The position numbers and the translations under genes are program-made. From NCBI GenBank assembly GCA_034086705.1, contig JAXDZV010000032.1:1865-65864 (forward strand): 64,000 nt of DNA, read 5' to 3'. This document shows positions 28,852 to 38,267 of the stretch, piece after piece. This DNA comes from Eubacteriales bacterium (GTDB taxonomy: Bacteria; Bacillota; Clostridia; Oscillospirales; CAG-272). The notes under the pieces were generated by a model, which ran no database searches, was not told the origin of the DNA, and was given only the letters and a program-made list of their open reading frames with translations. Numbering within the stretch: position 1 is the stretch's first letter; the number at the start of each line of letters is the position of its first letter.

Positions 28852-30123
28852 TCACTCCCCCAAAATCTGCAACGCTTTCTGCCCGATATCCCGCCGACAG
28901 AAACCGTTTGCAAAATCAACCCTGTCTGCAAGCGCATATGCATCGTTCACCGCTTCGCGCAGCGTTTGCCGCACCGCCGTAACACCAAGCACCCTGCCGC
29001 CAGCGCTGCGCAAGCCATCCTCAGCACACTTGGCTCCGGCAACATATATTTCTTCTCCGGCCGCCGTCTGCGGCAGGTGTATTGGGCATCCGGATTCGTA
29101 GCTGCCCGGATAACCGTTGGATGCCAAAACCACGCAGCAGGCACTCTGCTCACGCCAGCGAACCGGTATGCTGGCAAGCGTACCCTGTGTTGTTGCCTGC
29201 ATCACGCACAGCAAGTCACTTTCCAAAAGCGGCAGCACCACCTGCGTTTCCGGATCTCCGAACCGGCAATTATATTCGATGACCCGCGGCCCCTGCCGCG
29301 TCAGCATTAAACCAAAATACAAGCAACCCCTGAATTCTCTGCCCTCTGCTTGCAGCGCACGCACTGTCGGCAGAAAGATTTTTTGCATACAGAGTTGCGC
29401 GATCTGCGGTGTATAATACGGATTGGGTGCAATCGTCCCCATCCCGCCGGTGTTGGGTCCGGTGTCATTATCATGGGCTCGCTTGTGGTCCATGGAGGAA
29501 ATCATCGGTACAACCGTTGTACCGTCGGTAAAGGTTAAGACAGATACCTCCACCCCTTCCAAGAATGCTTCGATGACAATGCGACTGCCGCTTTCTCCGA
29601 ACTTTCTTTCCTGCATGCTTTGCAAAATTGCCTCTTTCGCCTGCGCACGAGTCTGCGCTATGACAACGCCTTTTCCAAGTGCCAGCCCGTCCGCCTTGAT
29701 CACCAGCGGCAGCGGTGCCTTTTCTGCATAGGCAAGCGCCCGTTCCACATCCGTAAATGCCTCCCAATCCGCAGTGGGAATGCCATACTTTTTCATCAGT
29801 TCTTTGGCATACACCTTGCTTCCTTCGATCATCGCAGCGTTTCTGCGCGGTCCGAAGCAGGCAATCCCCGCCTGCTCCAGCGCATCCACGCAGCCTAATA
29901 CCAGCGGGTCGTCCGGTGCTATCACCGCATAGTCAATCTGTTTTTCAACGGCAAAACGCACAATTGCATCAATGTCTTTTGCAGCAATCGGTACACATAT
30001 CGCATCCGCCGCAATACCGCCGTTTCCCGGCAATGCATAAATCTGCTCTGCTGCCGGGCTCTCCCGCAGCTTCTTAATGATGGCGTGTTCTCGCCCGCCA
30101 CTGCCGACTACCAACAGCTTCAT
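28852..30123 (-). CDS. purD: Phosphoribosylamine--glycine ligase
   Basis: MKLLVVGSGGREHAI..., ATP-grasp core. Start at Met15 of the track ORF. Confidence 0.92.
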   Translation of the reverse strand: MKLLVVGSGGREHAIIKKLRESPAAEQIYALPGNGGIAADAICVPIAAKDIDAIVRFAVEKQIDYAVIAPDDPLVLGCVDALEQAGIACFGPRRNAAMIEGSKVYAKELMKKYGIPTADWEAFTDVERALAYAEKAPLPLVIKADGLALGKGVVIAQTRAQAKEAILQSMQERKFGESGSRIVIEAFLEGVEVSVLTFTDGTTVVPMISSMDHKRAHDNDTGPNTGGMGTIAPNPYYTPQIAQLCMQKIFLPTVRALQAEGREFRGCLYFGLMLTRQGPRVIEYNCRFGDPETQVVLPLLESDLLCVMQATTQGTLASIPVRWREQSACCVVLASNGYPGSYESGCPIHLPQTAAGEEIYVAGAKCAEDGLRSAGGRVLGVTAVRQTLREAVNDAYALADRVDFANGFCRRDIGQKALQILGE

Positions 30124-30142
30124 TCTACGCCTCCCACACACA

Positions 30143-31327
30143 TCAATGGTGAAAAAGTCTGACACCGGTAAAGGCCATCAGAACACCTTCTGCATCGCAA
30201 CGGGCGATTACATCCGCATCCCGAATGGAACCCCCCGGTTGCGCGACATAACGTACACCGCTACGTACAGCACGGGCAATATTATCCGCGAAAGGGAAAA
30301 AGGCATCTGATGCAAGTGCAACGTCTCTTTTTGCCGCAAGAAATGATTCTTTTTCTTCCCGCGTCAGCGGCTGCGGCCGCTTTGTAAAATACTTTTCATA
30401 CTGTTCCGCCGCACAAACATCTTCCTCATTTTGATTAATATATCCGTCAATCACGTTGTCGCGCTCTGGTCTTGAAAGCTCCGGCCGCAGCGGCAGGCCC
30501 AATACCTTTTCATGCTGCCGCAAAAGAAACGTGTCTGCCTTGTTTCCTGCCAGACGGGTGCAGTGAATGCGAGACTGCTGCCCCGCTCCCACGCCGATAG
30601 CCTGTCCGTCCAGCGCATAGCACACCGAATTGGATTGCGTATATTTCAGTGTAATCAGCGCAACAGTCAGATCACGCGCAGCACTCTGCGGAAGCGTTCG
30701 ATTCTGGGTAACAATATTGGAAAGCAGCGCAGGGCTCAGAGAAATATCATTTCGTTTTTGTTCAAAGGTGATCCCGAAAACCTCGCGCCGTTCCGTTGCG
30801 GGTGGTTCATATGCAGGGTCGATTTGTACAATCGTATAGTTGCCGCCCCGCTTTGTACGCAATATCTCCAGTGCACGCGCCGTATACCCCGGCGCAATCA
30901 CGCCATCAGATACCTCCCGTTTGAGCAACAGCGCCGTTGTCTCATCGCAAACATCACTCAGTGCAGCCCAATCCCCGAATGAGCACAGCCGATCGGCTCC
31001 GCGTGCCCGTGCATATGCGCACGCCAGCGGCGAATCGTTCAAATTCGGGATGTCGTCCACAAAACAGGCGTGTTGCAATTTTTCCGATAACGGCAATCCG
31101 ATCGCCGCCCCCGCAGGGCTGACATGTTTAAAAGATGCAGCTGCCGCTACCCCGAGCGATGCACGTAACTCACGTACCAGCTGCCACGCATTACAGGCAT
31201 CGAGCAAATTGATGTAGCCGGCGCGCCCGCCAAGCACGGTGAACGGAAGCTGCGTCCCCTCGGCTGCGTAAACGCGCGCGGGCGCCTGGTTTGGGTTACA
31301 GCCGTATTTCAGTGTGTATTCCTGCAT
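30143..31327 (-). CDS. purH: AICAR formyltransferase (PurH transformylase domain only)
   Basis: 394 aa, LKYGCNPNQ..., C-terminal FTGVRLFHH; lacks the MGS-like IMP cyclohydrolase domain. Confidence 0.85.
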   Translation of the reverse strand: MQEYTLKYGCNPNQAPARVYAAEGTQLPFTVLGGRAGYINLLDACNAWQLVRELRASLGVAAAASFKHVSPAGAAIGLPLSEKLQHACFVDDIPNLNDSPLACAYARARGADRLCSFGDWAALSDVCDETTALLLKREVSDGVIAPGYTARALEILRTKRGGNYTIVQIDPAYEPPATERREVFGITFEQKRNDISLSPALLSNIVTQNRTLPQSAARDLTVALITLKYTQSNSVCYALDGQAIGVGAGQQSRIHCTRLAGNKADTFLLRQHEKVLGLPLRPELSRPERDNVIDGYINQNEEDVCAAEQYEKYFTKRPQPLTREEKESFLAAKRDVALASDAFFPFADNIARAVRSGVRYVAQPGGSIRDADVIARCDAEGVLMAFTGVRLFHH

Positions 31328-32061
31328 TTTTCACACGCTCCTTCGTATTGATTGATTACCCTATCCGTATACTTCTTCGTTTGCAAATCGGTATATCGCA
31401 CATACAACGAAATCCGGTTTGCGCCGTGCAACCCCTGCCACAGGTGTGCTGTAAAAGCGTCAATATCGTCGTCAATCCGAACACACCGAGGCTCCCCTGT
31501 AAAACTCGGAAGCGGATCGCCGTCTGCCTGATATGTATGCAGCAAGTGCCCGCGGCCGCATAAAGCCGGATAGGAAAACAAAAAGCGGTCACACGCGCTG
31601 CCGGACGCGTCCGCACTTTTCAATATGCTCATTTCATAATAAAAATCGTCTTGCTGTAGATGCAGAATGCCGCTGATACGCGGGGTGAAATGCGGTGCGT
31701 CCGGCTCAAAGCACCGCTGTGTCAGCGCCTGCGCAAAGCTGCCGCCCGCTTGAAGCGTTTGTACGATGGTATCCGTTTGATCACCATTTGTAACGACAAG
31801 ACAGTTTTCATACGACCGCACGGCAGCATAGATGATCAGCGACGGATCCTCAACAAGCTCCGGGCGGGCTGCCTGTGTGAAAACCTCTCCCCCGCGTACC
31901 GCAAACACCCGGTTACGGCTATTAGCACTGCGCCCCATAATAAAATACCCACTCACCGCACAGCGCCCGTTTGCAGTTTTTCCGATCAGAATTCCACGCC
32001 CCGGATAGGTGTTTTCCTGTAAAAGCTCCCACGGCGCTTTGCAGTTCTTTTCTTCTGCCAT
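31309..32061 (-). CDS. IMP cyclohydrolase, PurO-like (archaeal-type) family
   Basis: YPGRGILIGKT...GYFIMGRSANSRNR pattern, ~250 aa; overlaps the purH start by 19 nt. Confidence 0.7.
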   Translation of the reverse strand: MAEEKNCKAPWELLQENTYPGRGILIGKTANGRCAVSGYFIMGRSANSRNRVFAVRGGEVFTQAARPELVEDPSLIIYAAVRSYENCLVVTNGDQTDTIVQTLQAGGSFAQALTQRCFEPDAPHFTPRISGILHLQQDDFYYEMSILKSADASGSACDRFLFSYPALCGRGHLLHTYQADGDPLPSFTGEPRCVRIDDDIDAFTAHLWQGLHGANRISLYVRYTDLQTKKYTDRVINQYEGACEKCRNTH

Positions 32062-32134
32062 CTTTTCTTATTCCTCCTTATATGCACGGTAGCCGCTGCG
32101 TTACCGCCGCGTTTGCCCCGTAGATCTGTCTTTT

Positions 32135-32779
32135 TTACTCTTTGTTTTGTTTGGTTTTTTGGTATGTCAGGCACGGCAGCAAAAGCGCACCGGCGCTGTT
32201 GCCGAGCAAAACAAGCAACATAAACCACAGCATCTGCGCGGTATAACAACGCGCTGCTGCAAAATAGAAGAAATCCGCCACAGAATGCTCAAAGCCGCAT
32301 ACCAGAAATACCGGCACACAAAGCAGCACGCCAAGCATTGTATTTTTCTCCCGGTATAGCCGCACAGCACAGTCCATCAGTACCCCGCAAAAGAATCCGC
32401 GCGTAAACACCGTAAAAGCAGATGCACTCAGTTTTGCTGTGCAAAGAGCCTCTGCTGCCTGTGCCACAGCCCCCGCAGCATAACGCATCCATACCCCCAA
32501 AAGCCATACACTTGCTAAATTTGCAAACAACCCAATCAGCAGCGACACCGCCTCCGTACGGCTGCGGCGCTGTATGAAAAATCCTACCTGCCCTGTAAAC
32601 AAAATATACTCTCTGTACAAAATGCAAACCAATGCCACCGAAAACAGCCCCGACGCCACATACCGATTTTCACACAACAAAAACACACATCCACCCACCG
32701 CTATCAGCACACCGGCACAAACGCCGCGCCGCAGCACCTGCAACAAACTGCCTGCTTTGTTTGCTTCACCTACCCCCAT
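32135..32779 (-). CDS. Formate/nitrite transporter (FNT) family channel
   Basis: GFEHSVADFFYF signature and multiple TM helices. Start at the internal Met with an AAGGAG RBS (32779). Confidence 0.8.
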   Translation of the reverse strand: MGVGEANKAGSLLQVLRRGVCAGVLIAVGGCVFLLCENRYVASGLFSVALVCILYREYILFTGQVGFFIQRRSRTEAVSLLIGLFANLASVWLLGVWMRYAAGAVAQAAEALCTAKLSASAFTVFTRGFFCGVLMDCAVRLYREKNTMLGVLLCVPVFLVCGFEHSVADFFYFAAARCYTAQMLWFMLLVLLGNSAGALLLPCLTYQKTKQNKE

Positions 32780-32803
32780 ACACACTCCTTTTCCGCTGAC
32801 CTT

Positions 32804-32930
32804 AAAAAAGCTGGGCGCAATTAAAGTATCGGAATACATTAACTGCGCCCAGACGGTCGGCCCGGAAGCACGAGACCTCCGGTATGTGTTCTTTGCTCCC
32901 ATGCAGTGCTCTGCAGATCCGTCAGTTACA
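32804..32930 (-). promoter_or_regulatory. ZTP riboswitch (pfl motif) with intrinsic terminator expression platform
   Basis: Minus strand: ACTGACGGA...GGGAGC...CCGGAGG...linker...CCGACCGTCTGGGCG, matching the conserved ZTP sub-domains. The 3' CTGGGCGCAG is also the 5' arm of the terminator CTGGGCGCAGTTAA...TTAATTGCGCCCAG-TTTTTT (32804-32852). Downstream genes (FNT, purH, fhs) are classic ZTP-regulated functions. Confidence 0.8.
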
Positions 32931-32955
32931 AAGAACCTATTCTTTTGTTACAATT

Positions 32956-32985
32956 ATTATACCACGGCGCCGTTGAGAGTGTCAA
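32956..32985 (-). promoter_or_regulatory. Sigma-A-type promoter of the ZTP-controlled operon
   Basis: Minus strand TTGACA - 18 nt - (TGg)TATAAT, about 20 nt before the aptamer. Confidence 0.65.
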
Positions 32986-33029
32986 CGAGTCGATTTCATT
33001 GTTCACAAGATGTTCATAAACTTGCTGCC

Positions 33030-34448
33030 TCAGGTACGGAAAAACGCCTTGACAGCACGGTAAGTCTCAAACACATCAAATTTGGAAACGAGCTCAAAGG
33101 GCGCATGCATCGAAAGCACAGGCACACCGATATCAATGGTGTCAATATTATGCTGAGCAATATACATCGCCACGGTTCCGCCACCGCCCTGATCCACCTT
33201 GCCCAGTTCCCCCGTCTGCCAGAGCACGCCCGCATCGTCAAAGCACTGCCGCACAAACCCAAAGAATGAAGCACTGGCATCAGAAGTGCCGCTTTTTCCG
33301 CGGGCGCCGGTATATTTGGTGACAACCACACCGCGGTTGATATATGCAGCGTTGCGCTTATCATACACGGAGGCAAAATTCGGATCATATGCCGCATTGA
33401 CATCGGCACTCAGACACGCGGATGCGGCGCGTACCGCTCGAGGATTTGCACCGCAGGCAAGACTCAGATCTTCCAGCAAGTCCGTCAGGATATCGCACTG
33501 CATCCCGCTGACTCCGTTGCTACCGGTTTCCTCTTTATCTGCCAGCACCGCATATACGGTATGGCGGGGTGCGGAACATTCCAATAGCGCACGCAGCATC
33601 GGATATGCACACACGCGGTCGTCATGTCCATAGGCACCGATCAAGGAACGGTCCAAGCCAACGTCACGTGCGGAAAAGGCCGGAACCAGACACAGCTCAG
33701 AGGTAATCAGGTCTGTCTCCGTTAAGCCGTATTTTTCCTGTAAAAGGCGCAACACATTTAGCTTGATTGCTTCTTCTCCCTGTACGTCGGGGCACGGCTC
33801 TGTGCCGCACAGCGCATTCAAATCCTCTCCGCCGATTGCCTCTGCCAGTGGCTTTGCACTTTGATCCTTTCCCAAATGCGGCAACAAATCGGTAATACAA
33901 AACACGGGATCGCCTGCCTGGTCCCCAATGCAAATTTCAATTTGTTTGCCCGCAGCGGTTACCACTGTGCCATACAACGCCAATGGCAATGTCGGCCATT
34001 GATATTTGCGGATGCCGCCGTAATAATGCGTTTTCAGCAACGCCATGCCGTTTTCTTCGTACAACGGCACCGGCTTCAGATCCAGCCGGGGAGAATCAAT
34101 GTGCGCGGCGGCAAGCCGCACCCCCTTTTCCATCGGTTCGCTGCCGATAACAAACAAATGCAAACTCTTACCGCGGTTGTTGTAATAAAACCGATCACCG
34201 CTGTGAACGGCACAGCCGAAAGTATACGGTTTAAATCCCGCCTGTTCTGCCAACCGCACCGCATACCGCACGCACGCCTGCTCGGTTTTTCCTCCGTCTA
34301 AAAACGCCTTGTAGTCCGCACAAAAAGCTTCTGCCTGAGCGCGGCTTTGTGTCGTCTGCACTTGTGCCGCGGTCTGCGGTGTATAGCACAATGTTTTCCG
34401 CAGCTCTTCCGCTTGTACAGTTTGGTTTAATGATGTTCTGGTTTCCAT
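33030..34448 (-). CDS. M18 family aminopeptidase
   Basis: 472 aa, GAYGHDDRVCAY and LSMHAPFE motifs typical of M18/aminopeptidase I-like enzymes. Confidence 0.7.
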   Translation of the reverse strand: METRTSLNQTVQAEELRKTLCYTPQTAAQVQTTQSRAQAEAFCADYKAFLDGGKTEQACVRYAVRLAEQAGFKPYTFGCAVHSGDRFYYNNRGKSLHLFVIGSEPMEKGVRLAAAHIDSPRLDLKPVPLYEENGMALLKTHYYGGIRKYQWPTLPLALYGTVVTAAGKQIEICIGDQAGDPVFCITDLLPHLGKDQSAKPLAEAIGGEDLNALCGTEPCPDVQGEEAIKLNVLRLLQEKYGLTETDLITSELCLVPAFSARDVGLDRSLIGAYGHDDRVCAYPMLRALLECSAPRHTVYAVLADKEETGSNGVSGMQCDILTDLLEDLSLACGANPRAVRAASACLSADVNAAYDPNFASVYDKRNAAYINRGVVVTKYTGARGKSGTSDASASFFGFVRQCFDDAGVLWQTGELGKVDQGGGGTVAMYIAQHNIDTIDIGVPVLSMHAPFELVSKFDVFETYRAVKAFFRT

Positions 34449-34470
34449 GGTTCATCCGTCCTTTCCGGGA

Positions 34471-35055
34471 TCAAAGACCCCATACATGCTCATATCTGTA
34501 TTTTGCCACGCGGCAACGGCGAACATACTCTGCCGTCTCGGAAATGGGAATCTCCAAAAGTACGCCATCGCGGGAGAGGGCGGGATCCGCCAGCCATTTT
34601 TGCACTCTGCCGATTCCCGCATTATACGCCGCATAAACAGTTTCCCAATTTTCAAATTGCCGGTACAGATAGCTCAAAAGGTAGGTGCCCGCGTCAATAT
34701 TCACCGCGGGGTCGTACAGCGCAGCCGGATCATACACCTGAGCCCGTACGGTACACAGCCATTCATACGTTGTCGGCATCAGTTGCATCAAACCGACCGC
34801 CCCCACATGCGATACGGCATCTGCCGCAAATCCGCTCTCTGTGCGAATGACAGCGTAGATCACCGCCTGTGGCACCCCATGCTCCCGGGAAGCAGCGCAA
34901 ACCAGCTCTGTATACTGCATCGGATACGCCGCCTTCTGCGCAGCACGCGTCGCAGCCTCTCCCGCCTTTCCCAAAAAGAAAAAGACCGTTACAATCAGGG
35001 TGGTTGTCAACAGCACACAAAGCACAAAACATGCCCCGCGCCACAGCGCTCTCAT
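34471..35055 (-). CDS. Lytic transglycosylase (SLT domain) with N-terminal anchor
   Basis: IRTESGF (catalytic Glu), GLMQLMP, AYNAG. Confidence 0.85.
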   Translation of the reverse strand: MRALWRGACFVLCVLLTTTLIVTVFFFLGKAGEAATRAAQKAAYPMQYTELVCAASREHGVPQAVIYAVIRTESGFAADAVSHVGAVGLMQLMPTTYEWLCTVRAQVYDPAALYDPAVNIDAGTYLLSYLYRQFENWETVYAAYNAGIGRVQKWLADPALSRDGVLLEIPISETAEYVRRCRVAKYRYEHVWGL

Positions 35056-35693
35056 TGCGCACCGCCCGCCGCCACGGCCCGGGCACGCAACTCGGAAAAT
35101 AAGGTTTGCGCTGCATGTTCAAACGCCTGTTGTGTGCCGTTATTTTCCAAAATATAATCGCACCGTGCACGCAGCGCCGCATCGTCCAATTGCGCCGCAA
35201 TGCGCGTTTCTGCCGCCGATTGCGAAATATCGTCTCGCTCCGTTATGCGCGCAATGCGCAGCTCTTTGTGAGAAACTACCCCCACCGTGACATCGCATTG
35301 CCGGTCAAACCCGCTCTCAAACAACAGCGGCGCGTCTATGACGACAAGCTCTGCCCCCGCCGCACGCTGCGCCGCAAGCCAGGTACCGCAGGCGGCAAGA
35401 ATATACTTGTGCGTAACCGCGTTTAACCTTGCTTGCTTCTCCGCACGCCTGTGTTCATCTTCTTCTCCAAAAACCATCTGCGCCAGCCGGCGGCGATTGA
35501 GTGTTCCGTCGGCACGTAAGATCCCCGTTCCGAAAAACTCAATCAACTCAGACAGGCACGGCGTGCCAGGCGTTGTTACCGCACGAGACAACAAATCCGT
35601 ATTCAGCGAAGGAATTTGCATTTGCTCCAACGCTTGGCAAAGGGTGGTTTTTCCCACACCGCTGCCACCTGTCAACCCGACAACCATCATCAT
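35052..35693 (-). CDS. coaE: Dephospho-CoA kinase
   Basis: MMMVVGLTGGSGVGKTT P-loop and VIDAPLLFE. Start at the Met25 cluster of the track ORF. Confidence 0.88.
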   Translation of the reverse strand: MMMVVGLTGGSGVGKTTLCQALEQMQIPSLNTDLLSRAVTTPGTPCLSELIEFFGTGILRADGTLNRRRLAQMVFGEEDEHRRAEKQARLNAVTHKYILAACGTWLAAQRAAGAELVVIDAPLLFESGFDRQCDVTVGVVSHKELRIARITERDDISQSAAETRIAAQLDDAALRARCDYILENNGTQQAFEHAAQTLFSELRARAVAAGGAQ

Positions 35694-35730
35694 ATCGTGT
35701 TTTTCCTTTCCGGCCTGTGTTGCAGAATCT

Positions 35731-37092
35731 TTATGTGAAATCCGCTGCAATCGGCGGCGCAGCACGACGCGCCGCGATGCCCGCGCGAATCACGCCTGAC
35801 AGCGTTGCTGCATCTGCTGTCTGCTGCATACCGCTTTCCAACTCTTTTAGCGTTGCCTGGCCGGCCGCAATTTCATCTTCTCCCAGGAAAATGACATACG
35901 GAATGCCAAGTTTATCTGCATAGGCCAGCTTGTTCTTCAGTTTCTTTGCCTCCGTGTGTAACTGGCAGCGAATACCGTCTGCACGCAGCGCCGTAGCCAG
36001 AGAAACAGCACTGTCCAACTGCGGAGTCATAGGCAAAATCAAAACATCTGCCGGCGCAGTTAATACTGCATCGTTGAGCAACCCCTGCTCCTGCAATACA
36101 TAAAACAGCCGCGTCAACCCAATAGAAATTCCCACGCCCGGCAGCACACGATCCGTATAATATCCAGCCAGATTGTCATACCGTCCGCCGGAGCAAATGG
36201 ACCCAATCTGCGGATACTCCGGCAAAATTGTCTCATACACCGTGCCGGTATAATAATCCAGCCCACGCGCAATGGTCAAATCTACACAAAACGCTTCCTG
36301 CGGTACACCAAAGGCGTCCAAATACCGCAAAACGGTCTCAAGTTCTTGTACCCCGCGGTCAAAAACCTCGCTGCGCCCACAATAGCCGTGTAACATCTCT
36401 AACAGAGACTCGCCACGTACCTGCGCGCCGACAAATGCAGTCACCTCCCGGGCAGTCTGCACCGACAGTCCCTGCTCTATCAACAGTTCTTCAACTTTTT
36501 CCGCACCGATTTTCTCCAGCTTATCGATGGTTCGTAAAATCATCTCCGAACGGTCCCCCACGCCCAATATCTCAAAAAAACCGTTCAGAATCTTGCGATT
36601 GTTGACCCGGATACAAAACCGGCGCAGCCCCATATCGCAGAAAGTGCGATAGATAATGCTCGGAATCTCCGCCTCATTGATAATATCCAGCGTCCCGTCA
36701 CCGATGATGTCAATATCCGCCTGATAAAATTCCCGAAACCGCCCGCGCTGTGTGCGCTCACCGCGGTATACCTTACCAATTTGATAGCGCCGGAAAGGAA
36801 AAGACAGCTCCGCTGCGTGCAGTGCCACGTACTTCGCAAGCGGTACAGTTAAATCAAACCGCAGCGAAAGGTCTGCATCCCCTTTTTCAAACCGGTAGAT
36901 TTGCTTTTCTGTCTCCCCGCCCCCCTTAGCAAGCAAAACCTCGCTTGCCTCGATGATGGGAGTGTCCAGCGGCGTAAAACCGTATAATGCATATGTGCGG
37001 CGCAGAATCTCCATCATACGCTCCATCTGCATCTGCTGCGCCGGCAGCAGCTCCATAAAGCCGGACAGTGTCCGCGGCCTGACTTTTTCCAT
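35731..37092 (-). CDS. hisS: Histidine--tRNA ligase
   Basis: Class II motifs, KVYRGERTQRGRFREFYQADIDIIG, GGRYDNL. Start at Met86 of the track ORF, with an AAGGAGAG RBS. Confidence 0.9.
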   Translation of the reverse strand: MEKVRPRTLSGFMELLPAQQMQMERMMEILRRTYALYGFTPLDTPIIEASEVLLAKGGGETEKQIYRFEKGDADLSLRFDLTVPLAKYVALHAAELSFPFRRYQIGKVYRGERTQRGRFREFYQADIDIIGDGTLDIINEAEIPSIIYRTFCDMGLRRFCIRVNNRKILNGFFEILGVGDRSEMILRTIDKLEKIGAEKVEELLIEQGLSVQTAREVTAFVGAQVRGESLLEMLHGYCGRSEVFDRGVQELETVLRYLDAFGVPQEAFCVDLTIARGLDYYTGTVYETILPEYPQIGSICSGGRYDNLAGYYTDRVLPGVGISIGLTRLFYVLQEQGLLNDAVLTAPADVLILPMTPQLDSAVSLATALRADGIRCQLHTEAKKLKNKLAYADKLGIPYVIFLGEDEIAAGQATLKELESGMQQTADAATLSGVIRAGIAARRAAPPIAADFT

Positions 37093-37147
37093 GCTTCTTC
37101 TCTCCTTGTTAGCTTTGTTCCATTTGCGGTATTTTTTGCTGCGCCTC

Positions 37148-38254
37148 TTACGATGGCGGTGTATTTGCCGTTTGCACAGGCACAATTCGAAACCCCGCCG
37201 CTTTTGCAAGCCGGTTATATACGGCAAGCCCAATCCCCTGCGGTTGCGGCAACGGCGCATAAATACATACAGCGTCTGTATCATCAAAAGCGCGCAAACA
37301 GGCAAAAAGCCTGTGCGCCTGCATCTGTACGTCATCGCGCGGACCAAGGGACATGGTCAGCGGCCCCTGCAAAAGAGCTTCATCTTCCGCATAACACAAA
37401 ATCCCCGTATGTGGCTGAGCCCGCTTTTCCAAAAGCGCCGCCCGCTGTGCCGCCGGCGTACCCCTGAGCAATGTAACCGTTGCACGCGGAGCATAGTGCC
37501 TATATTTCATGCCGGGCGCCTGCGGACGCAACGTCTCATTTGCCTGTTGCAGCACCGTTTGATCCAATGCAACACGGTTCGTTCCCACCGCTTGCTGCAG
37601 CATCTGCGGCGTAACTGCACCCGGACGCAACACCGTCAGCGTTTCATCCTCCTGCAGCCGAATAACCGTAGACTCCACGCCTACCGCCGCATCCGGGCCG
37701 CATAAAATCATATCTACCCTACCATATAGATCACGGATAACATGCTGTGCCGTTGTGGGGCTGGGTTTTCCGGATAAATTGGCGGACGGCGCCGCCACCG
37801 GAACCCCGGCTTGTAAAATCAGCGTACGCGCCGCTTGCTCTGACGGCAGCCGAAGGCCCACCGTTGAAAGCCCCCCCGTTACACTATCCGGAATACAGGC
37901 ACGCTTTTGCACAATCATCGTCAGCGGGCCCGGCCAAAACCGTGCCGCCAGCTCTTCAAACAGCGGAGTGGGATAGGCAAATTGCGCCGCCTGCGCTGTC
38001 TTTGCAATATGTACAATCAGCGGATTGTCCGCCGGGCGGCCTTTCGCGGCATAAACCCGCCGCGCCGCATCAGGATCCAGCGCGTTTGCACCTAAACCAT
38101 ACACAGTTTCCGTGGGAAACGCAACCAAACCGCCTCGGCGCAAGCACTGCGCCGCCCGGGCAAGCTGCTGCTGTGCATCCGGTGCCGATAAATCAATCAG
38201 CTCTGTTTGGAGATTTGGTGCTGTCGGTGTATGAATTGCATTGTTCTGTTCCAT
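37148..38254 (-). CDS. tsaC: L-threonylcarbamoyladenylate synthase (Sua5/YwlC/TsaC type with C-terminal Sua5 domain)
   Basis: GGLVAFPTETVYGLGANAL and SANLSGKPSPT. Start at Met33 of the track ORF. Confidence 0.88.
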   Translation of the reverse strand: MEQNNAIHTPTAPNLQTELIDLSAPDAQQQLARAAQCLRRGGLVAFPTETVYGLGANALDPDAARRVYAAKGRPADNPLIVHIAKTAQAAQFAYPTPLFEELAARFWPGPLTMIVQKRACIPDSVTGGLSTVGLRLPSEQAARTLILQAGVPVAAPSANLSGKPSPTTAQHVIRDLYGRVDMILCGPDAAVGVESTVIRLQEDETLTVLRPGAVTPQMLQQAVGTNRVALDQTVLQQANETLRPQAPGMKYRHYAPRATVTLLRGTPAAQRAALLEKRAQPHTGILCYAEDEALLQGPLTMSLGPRDDVQMQAHRLFACLRAFDDTDAVCIYAPLPQPQGIGLAVYNRLAKAAGFRIVPVQTANTPPS

Positions 38255-38267
38255 GTGTTGCCTTTCT

